A stretch of DNA of 52,649 nt, filler included, from Squatina squatina (Eukaryota), in assembly GCA_031763465.1 (NCBI GenBank). It is 3 parts of 3 records of this genome, joined end to end, with 100 filler letters (N's around TTAATTAATTAA, not from the genome) between each part and the next. Parts side by side here need not be neighbours in the genome. Positions count along the whole stretch, not along the records: positions 37,828 to 52,649 come from JARFOE010000080.1; 2 more parts are not named here. One strand, given 5' to 3'. The translations under genes and the position numbers were made by a program. Shown here piece after piece: positions 48,956 to 52,649 of this stretch. A model generated the notes under the pieces. The model saw only the letters and a program-made list of their open reading frames with translations. It did not search any database and had not been told where the DNA came from. Numbering within the stretch: position 1 is the stretch's first letter; every line of letters starts with the position of its first letter.

Positions 48956-51900
48956 NNNNNNNNNNNNNNNNNNNNNNNNNNNNNNNNNNNNNNNNNNNNN
49001 NNNNNNNNNNNNNNNNNNNNNNNNNNNNNNNNNNNNNNNNNNNNNNNNNNNNNNNCAGCCACCAATGGTGGAGCAAAGGGGGTGGAGGATGCACAATGGG
49101 CCAATATTGGAGGAACGCAGAGTTGGTTCTCTGTCATATATATTGAAAAAGCTTCCACTAATAATAGTGCAATTGCTGGTTTTGAACAATTAGGGTAATA
49201 TGCACCAGACTATTCCAAATGTTTATTCATACAGATTTCCTTTTTTATTGTCCAACATGCAAGTACCAATAATCCACCGAGATAGAACTTTTCCAGCTGT
49301 TACCATCTGCTTGTTGTGAATGATGATATTTCTCAGCAAATCATTTGTCATTGTTGACAGTAATGAAGGCACTTGATTATCTTTTCATCATTTAAGTAAA
49401 TGAGGTCCCTTAGGCTTTTTTCATCTCCCATACCACTAAAAGGATTAATTCTTATTTATGTTCAGTGGTTTTCTGTTCATATTGTACATCCACAGTGTCG
49501 GGGTGGCAAGTAGTTTGTTAAAACCTAGAACAGAAATGTTCATGTCTTTTTTTTACTAATTTGAGGAAGAAAGCTGTAGGGAATGAGGCAATTGAAGTTG
49601 AACATTACAGACAGAAGGAAAGGAGAGTTCCAACATACTCATAACTTATGTTCTAAAATGAAATTGAAATATAGGCCATGGATAGGAGTCTGAGCATTGC
49701 CACATTTTAAGCAGCTATTTAACTGTTGCAGTCTTCTCGGACCCAATGTCACCAATTAGTAANNNNNNNNNNNNNNNNNNNNNNNNNNNNNNNNNNNNNN
49801 NNNNNNNNNNNNNNNNNNNNNNNNNNNNNNNNNNNNNNNNNNNNNNNNNNNNNNNNNNNNNNTCAGTGAATTGGTCCCGTTGGAACCTATCTCGCCCACT
49901 TAGCACCACATCTGCACCCTGTTATGCTGATTTAAAGCCCCATTTAGACCCCACCTGAAAAAAAAATTAACAAAGCCAATAATGCAGCTTAAGCCAATGG
50001 TGCAGAAACAGTGCAAAAAGCACCCCCATTCGGCAGCTTACGTTAAGCTAGCGTGGCGCAATCCAATTGGGGCCCCAAAGACTTTTCAAAAATGTAAATC
50101 TAGAAATGACTGTCAGCAGGATTGGGATGAATACCTACAGCATTTGAAGGGCATCGCTCTGCAAATTAGCAGCGAGAAGCTGTTAACTGTTTTAAAATAA
50201 ATGGGCTGGCACCTCCATTAAACTAGCACACAGAGGAATGTTCATTTCCATCCACCGATATTGGGGAAAGTAAATTTGAGGCTATAAAAACTATGACGGT
50301 AATTCAGACACCTACAGCAGTACAACATCTAATGCAGCTACGGAGAAATCTTAACAATCAGTCTAAAGGAGTAGGCAGCCTGAGGATTTTAAAAATGCTG
50401 TATTTTTCTTTGGGGCAGACCAGCAGTGTTGGCAGAACAGACACACGTGTAATCTTCAATGTGTGTTGAGCATCATTTTGTACTGGGTGCAGCACCAATA
50501 ACATAACATTTTCAATTTGGCTTTCCTATATGTTGTCATTGAAATGCTCGGCAGTTCGACTGCTCCATGGGGTTGTGCTTTACTGCTCCTCACTGGAATC
50601 AAAGCACATGCGACTGAATCGAAGGGAATTGAGCTTAACAGTAAAAAGCTCCATTGTGAGGGAAAATGTTGGACAAAGGGAGCCACTGTTTATAATAAGG
50701 TCATTTCATCTGCAAGGTGCGGATGTGAATCTCTCAGATCCACTGCATTAATAGCACTGCCGCTCCTATCCCCATGTATTAACTTCAGTTACAATCCTGC
50801 CTATTTGAGCTGCAGCAAGGGTGGTCTTCAGTTCACTTTGCATTGCTACTTGAAATAACGCCATCTCTTTTCACACATCCATATGCCATTAGAACTATTC
50901 TCGCATCAGTTTGAAAATCGCTTTGTTATTCTTTGTACCAAAAGCTTATTTTACAGACTTTATAAATGTTACTTTCAGGAGATCTAAAACTCTGAACAAA
51001 AGCTTCACAACACAATGGTANNNNNNNNNNNNNNNNNNNNNNNNNNNNNNNNNNNNNNNNNNNNNNNNNNNNNNNNNNNNNNNNNNNNNNNNNNNNNNNN
51101 NNNNNNNNNNNNNNNNNNNNGGTTCAGTTTGGTGCACAGCTACCGTGATTTACCTTCTGACTGATATAGTAACATAAGATGTCAATTATTTTGTGCTTCA
51201 GTTCCTTGTAACTTAAATATACTCTGAAGCAAAAGAAAGAATGCATTTCTGATTTATTTTCATTGCCTGATCTTTTTGCCTTATAGCACTGGCTAGTTTG
51301 TACCACAGGTAGAGAAAGGAATTGGTGCCTGAGCCAGTTAACAGCAAGAAAACTCCCAGCCATCTCAAGCTATACATCTGGGTAAATTATTTCTCAGTTC
51401 TGTGGCTTTCTAATCAGACTTCAAGTCCCCTTTCACCAAGGAAACCAATTCACAGACTCCTCAGTATCTGAATTATTTGCGCTCTTTGTTCAACTATCTT
51501 CAGACACACATGGGGGAGGTGCATATTGTGTATTTGTTTCAGTTCTTGAAACTCAGTTAGGAGAACTAACCCATTCAAGGCCACAGTGAGTGCACAGGGC
51601 AACACACATACCCCATTGTTTGAAAAGAGGAGGTTGTCTGTACCATAAGAGGAATTTCTTTATGTGTTTTTTTTTGTTGAAGTAATCCTTTTTCTGTTTT
51701 TAGTGCTAAAACCAGACAAAATGCCCTTGAAAGCCTCAAGTTAGCATTTTCTTCCAAAATCCTGTCAGACTTTTTGGTGGAAAGGAGAGTCACCCTCACT
51801 NNNNNNNNNNNNNNNNNNNNNNNNNNNNNNNNNNNNNNNNNNNNNNNNNNNNNNNNNNNNNNNNNNNNNNNNNNNNNNNNNNNNNNNNNNNNNNNNNNNN

Positions 51901-52649
51901 GAGAGGGTAAGAGGCCAGAGGAAGGGGTCCAGGTGGAGCAAGAATTCTGAAAACGGGAGAAAGGGTCAGCTGTGTGGGCAGAAGACTCCTGGCTAAAGAT
52001 GTGGGCACGGAGACAAAGGCGATGGAAAAAGAGCTCAGCATCATGCCAAGATTGAAATACATTGAAGTGGGAGCATAAGGGAAAGAAGCTCAGGGTGTAA
52101 TGAGGACTGATCATTCGGGGTCAAAGAGGAGAAGATCACAGGGGATAGTGAAAACACGGCAGGGGGTGAGATTGGGAGAAGGGATGGGGTCAGAAGAAAG
52201 TGAAGGGAAGAAGGTTCTGGAAGGGTATTGGTGTCCAAGAGTTGTTGCTGAAGTTTGCGATTCTTGACACCTGAAAGAAAGAAAAAAAGTATTTTGTAAA
52301 AGTGCCCGATGAGGTGAAGGATGAAATGGAACAGGACAGCTTTGCGATAGCATGAGTTGGTGCTGCTGAAGAGAGAGATTGAGAGCGTCCATATGGCAGC
52401 ACATGGTGTTGAATATCTTGGAGATATCTGTAATCCTGGGTGGATCTGAAACATGAAGGGTGGAATTTAAGTTGGAATCCACGTGGAATAAGTCGGAGCC
52501 AGAGACAGTTGCTGCGGAAAGAGGCTCAGCATCCTTGACCTCTCAGAAGAACAGTGCTCGAGAGGCTGATGTTGTTACGTCAGGTGGTCGCAGACATCTG
52601 CAGCCTCTGAGAAGATGATCTGTTCCCTGCTCGACCTGGTTGTTGTGGA
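51901..52649 (-). mobile_element. Penelope-like element, ORF N-terminal region (degenerate)
   Basis: PCRVFTIPCDL and HDAELFFHRLCLRAHIF...DPFSRFQ...STWTP resemble the pre-RT region of fish Penelope-like ORFs. Contains frameshifts. Confidence 0.7.

Noticed and set aside
1-52649. MAP4-GALNT17-NALF gene cluster or novel synteny
   Set aside because: The genes are separated by artificial linkers, so adjacency is not evidence of biological linkage.

Overview
Vertebrate genomic DNA, most likely a cartilaginous fish judging by the repeat families (inference). It comes from a fragmented assembly with about 30 fixed-size N gaps. Two artificial N44-TTAATTAATTAA-N44 linkers split the window into three unrelated scaffolds. 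(1) 1-21389 holds most of MAP4 on the minus strand: the start exon, projection-domain exons including apparent mMAP4-type and oMAP4-type large exons, the Pro-rich exons and the first tau-type microtubule-binding repeat. (2) 21490-37727 holds three catalytic-domain exons of GALNT17 (WBSCR17) on the plus strand. (3) 37828-52649 holds the first coding exon of a NALF/FAM155 gene on the minus strand. The rest is intronic or intergenic, with CR1, L2, Penelope-like, DeuSINE, PIF/Harbinger, MITE and hAT relics. The most unusual feature is a ~2.5 kb array of a 25-bp unit that appears to have grown out of the KYPEPSL codons of the oMAP4-type exon. It interrupts that reading frame and ends in a plausible new phase-1 splice acceptor. 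All comparisons with known proteins and repeat families are from memory and need confirming by search.
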